A stretch of DNA of 59,947 nt, filler included, from Basidioascus undulatus (lineage: Eukaryota), in assembly GCA_000826855.1 (NCBI GenBank). It is 6 parts of 6 records of this genome, joined end to end, with 100 filler letters (N's around TTAATTAATTAA, not from the genome) between each part and the next. Parts side by side here need not be neighbours in the genome. Positions count along the whole stretch, not along the records: positions 26,361 to 53,381 come from JTLS01000173.1; 5 more parts are not named here. One strand, 5' to 3'. The notes under the pieces are model-generated. The model saw only the letters and a list, made by a program, of their open reading frames with translations, had not been told where the DNA came from and ran no database searches. The position numbers and the translations under genes were made by a program. How positions within the stretch are numbered: the first letter of the stretch is position 1; each line of letters starts with the position of its first letter. Below, piece after piece: positions 29,246 through 44,473 of the stretch.

Positions 29246-30257
29246 TGCGAGAGGGCGTGGTGCGGCTCGGTAGACTTTGCTGATGATCATGATTGATGCT
29301 CTTTTGGGTATTCTTCGATGTACGGGTGCCTTACTGTCCATTCATAGACGCGCTGCACAGTCAGGCGTCCGCGCATATGTGATCCGTGAAAATGTATGCC
29401 CGTCTAAGCTGAACGCGTGTGATGCTCGGCATGGGGTGGGGACATGCGCCTTGTTTCGTTGCATTGATCATGACTCTGTGAGTCCGATCTGCACACAGTC
29501 GTAAGAAAGGCCAAGCGCTTGAAAGCACATGGGATGTGTGGATTCGTGTATCAACTATCAACCTGCAAGCCTCCGCGACGCCAGGATCCCACCTCCGCCT
29601 GAAAAGAAATAGCTGCAACACTCATCATCTTCACAATCCACCAAGCCCCTCGATCTACCCCTTCGCTGCCAACCTGTGCTGCTTGCATCACTGTGTGACA
29701 GCTTCCGCGTGCTGCCGAATTCGAGCGTCGGGAAACGGCGTCCGGCTCACCTTGCGATGGTTCGGGAGCACGAAGGGCTCGGCGCCTGCCTAGCAACGAA
29801 ACTGTGATGTAGGTAGAGGCTGTCCTGATACCTGTAAAGCAACCCAACTCCCTTGTACGACACTCAAAGATCTGAGAGCCCGCTCTGTTCAGGTCCTAGA
29901 TATATACCCGCTAGGCAGGCTGCTGCTGAGCTGCCAGTACAAGCGAGGCTGCATTCTGCTCACATCTGGCAATGCAATCTGTTCTTCTCCATGACGATTC
30001 ATACACCTTCTCCTGTTTAAAGCAACACAGATTTTTTACTGGTCTAATACAGTACATGGCATGAGTGCTTCCCGGGCGTCCTTCTATTTACGGCGATGCG
30101 ACAGACATCGAGCGGTTTTGCTGCATGTTCCTGGATGCACCGCGAAGCTCTCGAGTCCTTGAACATGTAATCAGGTAAAACCTAATAGACCTCATAGGGG
30201 TGTACGATCGTACTTCAGCAGCCAGGCAGCGGTTTCGCTCCAATGCGGAACCATTGA

Positions 30258-30976
30258 TCATTCCGCCTTTTCCCTCTTCACACTCCCTAGAGATCTAAGC
30301 TTCTGAACAACCGACCAGAGCACGAAAAGGAAAGAGCCGAGGACGACGAGTGCGGTGCCTCGCTCGACGAGGGGGAGGTGCGAGAGGTGGCCGGCCGGGA
30401 CGCGGACGCGCGAGGTAGGCGAAGGTGAGGATGGTCCGACGAGGTGGATGTTGGAGGAGGGGAAAGAGTCGGAGAGAGGCGGAGGAAGCGCATGCGAGGG
30501 TTCTGAATCTGTAGTACCCAGGTAAGCTGCGTATGGGGTTTGGGGGGGGGAGAGGTCGTCTGCGCACCGGATGAGGCACAGGCGTAGAAGACAAGCGGCC
30601 ACGGCACGTCGATCGTGCGCGTCCCATCCGCCAACTCTTCCTCCACCTCAAAAGGCTCCAGGTACCGTGCATGCACAGGTACGTCTACACGACCGTCCAG
30701 CATCTCGACGAGCATGCCCGTCCCGTCCTGGGAGATGCTCATGACGGGCTTCTCGAGCTCGGTCTCGCCAAAGACGTGCACAGCGCCGCTGAGGCCGTCG
30801 TCTCGTCTTTGAGCGAGCTCGAAGGGGTCCGCGAAGAGCATTGGGGGGAGGGGCTGGAAGAGGTGCAGGGAGCACTCTGGGGGAAGAGAGGGCGAGACGG
30901 GCACGTCGAGCGAGACAGCTAGGTTGAAGTGCTGGCTCTGAGGCGGTGTGAGGGTCGAAGTGAATGATGAATTCAT
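30258..30976 (-). CDS. PIGX: PIG-X/PBN1 family GPI-mannosyltransferase I subunit
   Basis: CSLHLFQPLPPMLFADPFEL, GETELEKP, VPVHARYLEP, VPWPLVFYAC. One intron. C-terminal transmembrane segment (VERGTALVVLGSFLFVLW) and a basic tail. Confidence 0.85.
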
Positions 30977-31300
30977 GGCATATCGCCATGCTCCTGCGTT
31001 CAAGTTCTTTAAAACAGATTGAAACAGCATGGCGGCTGATGAAAAGGCAGAGGCTGGCAGTCGAAACGAGGGCAAGAGGGCAAGGTCAAGCGCGTCCAGA
31101 GCGCGATACTAGCCTTCGCTTTCAAGCGCCTTCAAATTGGCCTTGCGCCCGAAAATCGAGCCTCACCGTTGCCGCCTTCTTCGCTCGCACCGTCGTCTTC
31201 TTGCCGCCCATACGCCTCGGCTTGCTTCTCTGCCTCGCTTCTTGTCCCTCCACGCCCGCATTTTCGACGCCCAAAAAGCAGCAGACCGAGAACCGACACC

Positions 31301-34033
31301 ATGGCTGACACGCGCGCCTACTTCGATGTGACGGACGAGCTCGAGGAGGATATCGGCCAGGTCGACGTCCTCCCTGACTCGTACGGCCAGCAGGCCGAGT
31401 ACACCGAGGGTCCGTCGGCGCACTCGCTATTGCCGGCAGCGAGGACCGTGCTGATGATGGGAAGGGGGGTGGATACGGGGGACCTACAGAGCAGTTCCCG
31501 CGCCTGGACGAGACGCAGTTCGCCGCGCTCCAGCAGCAGCTGGCTCAGCAGCAGGCGTTTGCTGCCATTCCGGACCAGGTCAAGCGAGTGCGTACGAGGG
31601 AGGAAGCCGAGGAGGGGTGGAAAAATGCTGAGCAGGGTGGGGAGCACAGTTCATCGTCCGCTTCCACGAGTCCATCCTCTCCAACAACGTGCAGGAGATC
31701 CGCGCGGCGTACGAGAGCGGCTGGAACAAGCTGACCGACCAGTTCTACTCCAAGACTGAGTGGCCCGGTGCGTCCAGCTCCCGGAGGGTGGTCGTGTGAA
31801 ATGGGACCGGTACTGACGGGACGGGGCGCGTGCAGACGCCGAGGTCATCTCCCCCCTCGTCCGCGACGACCAGGTCTTCCTCGTTCTCTACCGCGAGCTC
31901 TGGTACCGCCACGTGTTCAGCAAGCTCTCCCCCAACATCGACGACCGCTTCCACTCGTACGAGAACTCGTGCGAGCTCTTCAGTGCGTCGGCTTCTTGCG
32001 TCTCGGGACCGGGAGGAGGGTCTGACATGCGCGCTGTGCAGATTACCTGTTGAACTCGGAGGGCCCCGTCGCTCTCAACCTGCCGGACTCGTGGCTGTGG
32101 GACATCATCGACGAGTTCCGTGAGTCGGGCTGCCTTGGTGGTGTGGTCGCTGTGGTGATGCTGAGCCGCGTTTTCGCGAGCGCAGTCTACCAGTTCCAGT
32201 CTCACGCAATCTGGCGGAGCAAGGTCAAGTCCAAGAACGAGGACGAGCTCAACATGCTCATGGACACCTCGGTGCGACCGGGCGATTCTGATGTGGGCAG
32301 TGACATTGTGCTGAAACCGACCTCATGTACGGGCAGGTCTGGAGCTCCTACTCCGTTCTCAACGTCCTCTACTCCCTCATCCAAAAATCCCGCATCAACG
32401 AGCAGCTGGCCGCCACCGCCCGTGGCGAGAACCCTGAGTGCGCATTTATGACGCAGTAGTATCTGTTGCATGTTGGGCTGACGAACGCGGGGCTGTGCAG
32501 GGATGTCGCTGGCGAGTACGGCTCGCTGCCGCTCTACCGGACCCTTGGTTACTTCAGCATCATCGGCCTGCTCCGCGTGCACGTCCTGCTCGGCGACTAG
32601 TACGTGTTGCTCTCTGGCCTCTCTCGTGCAGTCGTTTGACACTTTGCATGCACAGCACGCTCGCGCTCACGGTCATGGACCACATTGAGCTGAACAAGAA
32701 GGTGAGAATCGCATTCTCTGCTGCTCTGGGCGCGGGTGCTGAATAGGGATGTTGTACAGGCCTTCTTCACCAAGGTCACCGCCGCCCACGTTACCGTGTA
32801 CTACTACGTCGGGTTCTCTTACCTCATGCTTGGGTGCGTTTCCCACTCCATTCGCGGCATGCCTGCCAGGCTGACAGGCCCCTTTGTTCCGCAGTCGCTA
32901 CACCGACGCGATCAAAACCTTCTCAAACATCGTAAGACAATCCCGACAAACGCCTGTCCCTTGGTCCCGCGCTTAACGAGATTCCCGTGCAGCTCGTCTT
33001 CATCAGCCGTATCAAGAACTACACTCGCAGCTACCAGGTCGACGCTGTGCGTCGCACTCCTTGCCTGATTAGCCCTTCGCTGCTGATTCCCTGCATTTGT
33101 ATTACAGATCAACAAGCAGGCCGACCGGATGTACGCGCTCCTCGCCATCGCTGTCGCCCTCTGCCCCACTCGCCTGGACGAGAACATCCACTCCAACCTG
33201 CGCGAGCGGTACGGTGACCAGCTCGCGAAGATGTCGAAGGGGTTCGTCCTCTCCATAAATATCAAGCTACGATCTCCACGCTGACCGCGTTTGCCCAACT
33301 TGCAGTGAGGAGGGTCTCGCGGCGTTCGAGGAGCTCTTCCTCTACGCGTGCCCCAAGTTCATACTTGCGAACTCGCCGCCCTACCCGAACCCGGAGGAGC
33401 TCATCGCGTACATCGAGGAGCCGCCGCAGGAGCCCGCGCAGCGGCACCTCGCGCTCTTCATGACGTCCGTGCGCGCGCAGCTCTCGAACCCGACGCTGCG
33501 CTCCTTCCTCAAGCTCTACTCGTCCCTCGGCACGTCCAAGCTCGCGGCGTTCCTCGACAAGCAGGACGAGGATGAGGTCTTCCAGCAGCTGCTCGTCCAG
33601 AAGCAGAGCCTCCGCGCGCTCAAGCACAACGAGGGCGGCCTCCTCGAGGGCGACATCGTTTCCACTTCCGACCTCGACTTTGTCATTGACGATGTGCGTC
33701 CCCTACCTTGCTCGCTTGACCCTCTGTTCTCTCATTGATATGCTTCGGCCCAACGCACAGAACATGATCCAAGTCGCGGAGTCCAAGACCTCCCGGCGGT
33801 ACGGCACCTGGTTCCTCCGCTCCCTCGTCTCGCAGAACGAGGTCCTCGCGGGCATCCAGTCGAAGCCGCTGCCGGTGAAGCAGAAGGCGGCGGCTGGCGC
33901 ACAGGCGCAGGCGCAGGGCGGCGACGCGCAGCGGGCGCAGGCTACTGGTACTGGTGCGGGTGCGGGTGCGCAGCGGACTGGCGCGCCCCGGGCAGTGGGC
34001 GGGCCGGCGTGGGGCGCGCAGCGGAGGGCTTAG
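31301..34033 (+). CDS. EIF3L: Eukaryotic translation initiation factor 3 subunit L
   Basis: [94 protein letters not shown]. Confidence 0.96.
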
Positions 34034-34583
34034 AGGATAGGATAGATGGGGAGGTGGGTGGGGGCATGTTTCCGGGCTGTATTAGTGAATGTTCGGGAGG
34101 GGCGTGCTTTCGTTCGACACGGCTGCGTGTGCGCTTGGGACTTGCGGGTTGGCTGAGCAGAGCAGCATGATGGTCGTCAGGTTGCGGTAACGCTCATGCA
34201 GGAAAACTGAAAGAAACTTCGGACGTGGGGACGGGCCGTCTTCGGTACTTAGGATGTGGTGGGTAGACGTCGCCAACGTCTCCAACATCACAGATCTTCC
34301 TGATTCAATGCAGAATACACTGATGTGCTCGCAGATTATACCTGTTGACGGGCGGTTCGGGCAGTTTCGAGGACGCCGCAGTCCTGCCTGCGGTGAGTAG
34401 GTTGCGTGCATGCTAGTTCATGCGTGGATATGCGCAATGTATGAATCGGCGAGGCCCAAGATTTTGCCTTTGAACGATATATAAGAGCAAATGAGAGAAT
34501 ATTGAAGAAATACGGAAATTATGCAGACTAAGGGAAGGAAGAGAATGCGAAGGGTGTAGTAGTAGAGAGTAATTGGTTGTGGA

Positions 34584-36213
34584 TCAAATCTTGACGCAAG
34601 AGTTGCCGTTCGCGACCTTGAAGCCAGTCTTGCATTGATAGACTGTAGTCCACGAACGATTAATTTGAGTGTTTACTCGGGATCGAGATACGCGTTTACC
34701 TTCGCAACGCCCGCTGTTGCAGCCAACACGGCCCTTGACGATGTTGGGGATCTCGTTGCAGTCGTCGCCGTCACCCACTGCGAGGGCGCCTCAGTCTTCA
34801 CCCATGGTCCTGGGGTACAAGATCCATGAACTTACGGTTCGGGCAGCCGCCACAAGACTCGATGTCGTTTTCTGACATGCAGTCGAACTGTGCAGGCATA
34901 CCAGCGAAGCGTGCTCCGAACACGGGGCACGCCCGGCTGTTGGAGAGGCAGTCTACGGTCGTTCCTCGTAAATATCGCGTTGCAGCTGAGTATTGTCATG
35001 AAGACGCACTCTCATCGTCCCAGGCGTGGCGGGTCAGATCTACGGTGGGCTCGGTGAACGACTTGCGCGAGAGCCGGAAGGTGCTGGCGGGGGCGGGCGG
35101 GGAGACCAGGCTTTTGGTGGCACGGCTACAGAGGCGGTGGGAGTCGAGCCACTTGAAGCCGGTCTCGCATTTGGGCTTGCCTGATGTTTATAATAACTCT
35201 TCAGAGGATCTTATTTACGCTCGAAAGAGGATGTCGCTTACTGGGGCAGTCAGCGTTCTTGGGGACGCAGCTGTCGAGGTCAAGGCCGTCAGAACACCCA
35301 TCTCATGTGACAGATGAGCAAGAAGTTGTAACGCACTAACCAACCGCCTTGTTCAATCTGAAGAGCCTAATGAGTAGGTGCAAATTAAACCATATTGAGG
35401 AGCAGCGTACCCCGACTCATGCCAAACCCATTGGTCCGGGCATTTCTGAGGACGACCCGATGAGTGCGTTGGCCCTGAACCGGCAACCGCAGAAGCTTAC
35501 CTGGTCCTTAAAAGGGCACTCCCTCTCGGGGAGGTCTAGGTCGATACATTGCTTGAAGAGTGGGAAGAACCACCCATTCTTGCACTGGACGCCGCGCGGC
35601 GGCTGCGCAGGCTTGCAGCAGCGGTCGATGAGGTGCCACTCGTGGCCCGCCCCGCATTCGGCATCGGCGAGTTCGAAGGGAGGGACCTATGTAAGAGATG
35701 GTGCGTTCAAGGAAACAAGACCTCATTGGAAGGGTAAGGGTAAAGGGCTTACGCAAAGCTCAAGCTTGTCGTGCCAGTACCACTTGATGGGACTGAGAGG
35801 CAACCGTCAGTCTCCCAAGCAGCTCGTCAAAGACAATGAAGTTACCAGGTCCGCTTCTGTCTGTCGTTCTTGGGTGGCTGGTAGACAAAAGACTATTGAG
35901 ACAAAAGAACTTTGAAAAGGTAGATTGGCTAACCGACCTGCTTGCAGAAACCCGGAAGGTCGAGCCGGACATCAAGGCGAGGGATGTCGATGAGGTCGCC
36001 TTTGGGCGTGGAGTATGTGAAGAAACCGGCCTTCGTCGACTTGCAAGACTTGCCGTGAGGGCAGTTGGTAGCCCACTGTTTTCCAGTGCCTCAATGATTC
36101 AACTAGAGTCCAGGCAGGGATAGCGTGATACTCACGTTAAAGAAAGTGGCCTCTGCAGGGAGGGCGACGGAGAGCGCTGCGCCGACGACGGCGGCAATGG
36201 TGGCGGTGCGCAT
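34584..36213 (-). CDS. Secreted Cys-rich PriA/CPL1-like protein (multi-exon)
   Basis: Signal peptide MRTATIAAVVGAALSVALPAEA, internal Cys/Trp repeats, and a C-terminal ACPV...FDCM..NDIESCGGC...GDDCNEIP...VGCNSGRCEVYQCKTGFKV...SCV domain typical of PriA/CPL1. Confidence 0.85.
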
Positions 36214-37352
36214 GTCGACTGAAAAGGAGCGTGGATTGAAAAGAATGTGTTGTTCAAGTGAATGTAGCTTTATTCTTGTGAGAGAGGGGTCCTCGTTGAG
36301 AAGGAGAAAGAGGTGCAAGACTGCGAAGACAAAGTCGGCCACGAGGCCCTTTACTCCCCTTCAGGTCGAAAGGGGCTCCGAGCGGTGCGATGGGTCCGTG
36401 ACACACCATCAGGTACCGGGTGTGAAGGTGCCTGCAGGAAGGTATCACATGGAGTGAGCCTCGTGCACTTGCACGGGCCCTTGAGGAAGTACCTGCGATG
36501 ATTGGAAGCCCGAAGGCCGTATAATCTCCTGGATGTCTTAGGTTGATGAATAGTACTGTCCAGAAGCTGCCTGAAACTGGGGGTGCGTCGCGAAACTGGC
36601 GCTCGGCCCGCTTGAAAGCGCTCGTGCGAGCGAAAGTGGGACAGGTTCTTCTCACCTTCGCTCTGATCAACAACTCCCGGGTGCGGATTATTGCTTTGCC
36701 GGAGAGGGGATATTCCAATCAATGCGTTCGTTGTGGATGTTAGCCATCTTGAACAGCGAAGCAAGCGGCATTCTACATCGCTCATGGAACAAGTGCGGTT
36801 CAAGAACGGATTTTAGTTCTTTCTTGAAACATTACCCACTGTCAACCTTCCCAAGCCTTCCCATTCTTTGTTCTGAGAACGCAAGAAAGGCAAGAACGGT
36901 GCTCAAACTGTACCGCTCCGAAGCGCGACTTTCATGGCTTTTTGACAATGAACATAGACATCTTTCGAGAGTCATGTACGACAATGCATCGTTCAGCCTC
37001 CAAACAATTTTCAAGAACGCTTCCGGAACGCGACCCTCTCGATTTATCCTGTCTGCAGGCCTGTCCATGTTCCTCGTTATTGAAAAGGTTTTCAACACGC
37101 CTCTTGAATGTTTTCGACAACGTTCCCGAGTACGATTCTTGGGAACGTTTTCGAAAAAGGCGTTTGGGCCCTTCCTTCACATCGCTGATCATCACGAAGC
37201 GACTTTATACCTTCGCTGATTGGCTCTGCTCGCCGACCGATCACCGTTTTCTCACGCGGTCTTCGACGCTGCTGCTTTCACACTTACCCTTATCTGCTCG
37301 CCCTGTGCGTACTAACCAGCTTGCACTCTGCTCCTACTGACCATCATCGATC

Positions 37353-38220
37353 ATGCCCGTTTCGTCTCCTGAGGCCTACGCCAAGGCGCGTCAACTCGTC
37401 GACGCCGCTCACAATGCGGACCCGTCCGGGCAGGAGTTGGGCTACGCAGATGGGGTCGAGGCGAGCCTTCTTGTCTGCCTTGTGGGCCTAGTAAAGTGAT
37501 ATTAATGCTGCGATAACCAAAGTATAGAAATGGGTCAAGGAGCTTGTGCCTCATGCGGACGAGATTTTGCTACTCGCGGCGCGGTGCCAGCACCTCGAGC
37601 GATTCGCGACGCCGCGGTCGTCCTACCCCGAGGGCAAGGCAGGGTACTTGAAGTGGCGTATGTTTTATCCTGTACCTACGTTCGAAGACATTTTTCGGCT
37701 CATGATAACTCGCGTTGCTGTTGTTCAGGTCGTGACTTGTACACGATCCAGGCCAATCGAGCGAAGGAACTGCTACTCGAGGCCGGCGTGCTATCAGAGG
37801 AGGTATGCCATCGTTGTCCAGGGTTGCTTCACGTCCAATCCACCAGGCTAAACTCAGTCACTCTTTTACTAGGCTGAGAGTGTCTACCGCTGGGTGTCCA
37901 AGGACCAACTGTTGCGAAACCCCGAGGAAGGCACGCAAGCGCTCGAGGACGGCGCCGTGCTCGTCTTCCTTTCCGAGCAGCTTGGGTCGTTTGCAGCGCA
38001 GCATGACGAATACGCGCGCGAGAAGTTGGTCGACATTCTGAGAAAGTGAGTTGTTGTTCTGACGCTTAAATCTATGCAGAGATTGCGCCGCTGATGCGGG
38101 CAATCGGCTCGGCTCGACAGGACGTGGAGGAAGCTTTCCCCGAAGGGAAAGGAGGCGGCCAGGGGATTGGAGCTGCCTGATGGGCTGAGAGAGATAGTTG
38201 AGGAGGCGACTTCTGCTTGA
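37353..38220 (+). CDS. DUF4202 family protein (five exons)
   Basis: LVDAAHNADP...ELGYA...W...LLLAARCQHLERFATPRSSYPEGKAGYLKWR...QALEDGAVLVFL...KLVDILRKTWRKLSPKG, matching the DUF4202 signature. Confidence 0.88.
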
Positions 38221-38657
38221 GAATGAATAAATACCATCATGCGGACAAGTGCTTCATGGGCGGAAAGCTTGAGCCCCCGCACGCTCTCGACCCCGGGAAT
38301 GGGGTGTCCGAGCTAGGGAGGACCGCCACGCTGCCGAGCGTTCTACCATAGATGCAGCAGGGCGGTATGAGGAGTTGAGGCGACATCCACTTGTACAGCT
38401 ACTGCGCACGCGCTCCGTAGGTCTAGTCCATGCTGACTGAACCGATAGCACTGAGTCAAGTCGGACCGGACTGCCATAGCACGCGATCGGTCGAATGGCT
38501 TCGCAGTCCTTCGGAGAGCATCCTGTGGTACCCGCGGTTCTCGGGGAGGCTTGCGCGGCACGACGGACGTCAACAATCAAGCAATACAACACGATGAATC
38601 GTTCGACAGATGAACCCCACTTCGACCCGAGCCTCTCCCCTTCCTCCTCCCAGCAGC

Positions 38658-40402
38658 TCAGCGCACGCGCTTCCTCCTTGTCCCGCGACTGCGCTGGCGC
38701 CCGCTCTTGTTGCGCTTAGGCTTCTCGGTCGCCTTGAGCTTTGCCTCGCAGTCGCGACAGTACCAGTCGCCCTCGGGCGCCTTGTCGAGGCCCGTGCAGC
38801 CGAGGTGGAACTGTGCGCGGGCGGGCGACATGAGTCATCTAGATGTGAAGAGGGAAGAACGGAGGCGGTGCTGGAGAGGATGGAAACGCACCCATTCGCC
38901 TTGACAGTCAGGACCGTCGCAGCCGATCATCTCGCCGTAAGAGACCTGAGAGGGCAGATACGAAAGGCAGTTCAAACCAAGGTGAAGGATGGACCGGAAA
39001 GAGCGACGAACCTGCTGGCAGTAGCAGTACCGCGGCTCGTGCTCACCTACGGGCATGTCCAACCACGGCAACGGCGGAAGCTGTCCGGGTAGGACGACCT
39101 GCGGCATGGCCAACGCGGCCGCCTGCGGCGGCAGCTCCTCCGCCTTCGTCTCTCCCGCAGGGGTCGCAGGCAGGATGACGCCGTTCTCGACCTTCTTCTG
39201 CTGGGCCTTCCCGCGCCGGCGCGTGCGCTGTCGCCCGCTCGCCTGGTCCTCCGCGCCCTCCGCACCCGCCAGCCCGAGCATCATCTCCCCGCCGTCCGCG
39301 CCGTCGGGGGGCGGCACGGGCGGCTGCTGCAGACCGTCCGAGGACGGGTGCGCCTTCCCGCCTGCCCCGCCGGCGAGCGCGGCGGACGTGGATGGCAGAG
39401 TGCCGGAGCGCACGCCGATGGACAGCTCGGCGTGCTGCGCCGCGATCGCCGCGTCTAGGGAGCGGATGTGGCGGTCGATCTGGGAAGTGGCCTCGCGTGA
39501 GTATGGGAGGGGAAGAGTGCGGGGTGTGGCAAAGATGGAACGCACTGTGTCGTACACGCCTTGGGCAATATTCACCTTCTCGTCGCCGTGGCGGACAGCC
39601 TCCATCGTGGCGACCGCGAGATCCCTGAGGAGCTGGCGCGCGGTCTTCGGATGTGGAGGGGGTACGGGTGGAGGGGCAGGCGAGGCAGAGTGGGTGGGGT
39701 GCCCGTTCGGCATAGGTGAGGGACGAGAGGAGAGGGCTAGCTCGGCGGGGAGCTGGGAGGGGCCCTCGCCGGTGTCTGTGGGTGCGACTGCCTCGGAGTC
39801 GGCGGTGTCTGCTTGTGGGGCAGGTTCGGAGTCGGTGGTGGGTTCCGCATCGGCGATGGGAGGTTTGGGATCGGGGAGTGGGGGTATTGGTGATGGCGGT
39901 CTTGAAGGGGCGGGGTCGCGGAGCTCGAGGTAGGCGAGCCAGTTGGCATAGACTTGGTCGAGGCAAGCTGAGGCAGGGACGGCGTCAGCCTCACGCTTGG
40001 TACTCCTCCTCCTGCCTGACGCACCTTGTTGAAGATCCTCCATATCTCGAAGCAGATCGAAGCTCCTCCTCAGCTCCAGCGGCAGCTCCGTCACGACTGA
40101 CAGAGGCCCACCCCACGCGTTCAGCTCGCATAGACACGCCTCAAACAAGAGGGGCACGTACTCGAGAAATGACTCTCGGCAACTTCATCCCAAAGCTGCC
40201 TATTCCTCTCCTCTTCCTCCGCCTGCTCCTCCGTCTTGACTTCCCCCTCCCCGTCCGGCGGTTTGGACGCGTCCTCCTTGAGCGGCTCGCCTGCTGGTTG
40301 GGCGTCCGCTGGTGGCTCGGACGCAGGCTCGGGGTCAGGCTCTGGTTCGGTCGGAGGCGGCGCAGGGTTATCGCGCTTGCGCTTTCTTGATTTCGGCGGC
40401 AT
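38658..40402 (-). CDS. ING-family chromatin reader (N-terminal ING coiled coil plus PHD finger; Yng2/Pho23-like)
   Basis: [43 protein letters not shown], and the PHD finger [48 protein letters not shown]. Confidence 0.93.
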
Positions 40403-40620
40403 TGAAGTGTTGAAGGAGAGTGTGGTGATGGGCGAACGTAAGGTGTGAAGTTAACGAGGACGTGAATGGACGCGTCTTTGGGCTCTCGCGCTTTCCCACG
40501 CTCTCATCCGCGGACATCTGGCGGACAAGAGCACACTCGCGAGCTTCCACCGCCCTTCCACCGGCCGCCCTGCGCCTTCCTGCACAACCATCATCCTCAT
40601 CACCTAGGATATCCGTCATC

Positions 40621-43382
<2,762 letters not shown>

Positions 43383-44473
43383 TCGCGCTCGCTCCCGACG
43401 GATTGGGTTACTGGAAACTTGGTTGCTGTCGATCGGACTGCATTTATATTGTTGTATTTCAGTAGGGCCCGCAAAGGTCGAGTGTGGGTTGGAGAGTCTT
43501 CGAGTGCGAGAATCAACAGCCCGTCAAAGGTGGCGAAGGTTTTGGGGCTTGTACACACTGTGCTCGTTCTTGCACTTGTAGGGAAGACCAAGCGCTATAC
43601 TGTGGAAGCCATGGATTGGATACGATATGTCCTTTGAATCACCCTCTCCACTTAAACATGCAAGGCGCTAATGACTCACCTGCCTGCATGGTGAAGACGC
43701 GGGGAGTGGTCATGCATGGTGCAGGTGGGGGGGGAGAACCAGCAGTCGCCTCGCACGTGCCATTGAGACCACTGGACCTCCAATAACTTGTTCAGCGCCG
43801 CAGTTGGAAGCGCGACAGACATGCGCGCCAAGGTAGTCCCATGTCCCTCTTGGAGGAAGACCTTCACTGTATTATCCTCGCATGTTGATCGCATTCATCG
43901 CATTCCACCCCAATGCCACCTTCCGCAACTACAGGTTTGGCCTACTTGTATGAGAGACGACGGCTGCGTACCCGATTGCGAACAGGTTCGAGCAGGTTCG
44001 TGCAGTACCGCACTTTCGGTGCGAGGCGACAAACATCTTGGTATCAATTTATCCTCTCATAAACAGCACTAAGGCTTGATATTATATTGTTTAGGGTAAG
44101 GCTAAAAATTTGTCAGAGCCAGCCAATGATCCCTGAGGTGGCTTATGGTGGAGCCGATGCTACACAGCGCTCAGAGCGCGCAGAGGTTCGCTTGCTGCCC
44201 GCGCATCTGCACTGTCTGTAATGACCTACTAACTTCGAAAGTCTTGATGGATTTGAACTGTTTCTACAAGTAAAGGCCTGACGAGCGCACTCTGTGCGCG
44301 CTGGCACGATGCGCCCTGAGCAGCCAAAGACATGGGGAAACGAGCCCACTTCGATCAACACAACAAATCCCTATGTCATCAAATCCCAAAGCGACACAAA
44401 CAAATCGAACGAAGGGGTAGCGCGAAACTTGCTACAAGGCCCCACCGGAGGGAGGGACGAGGACGGCGATGGT

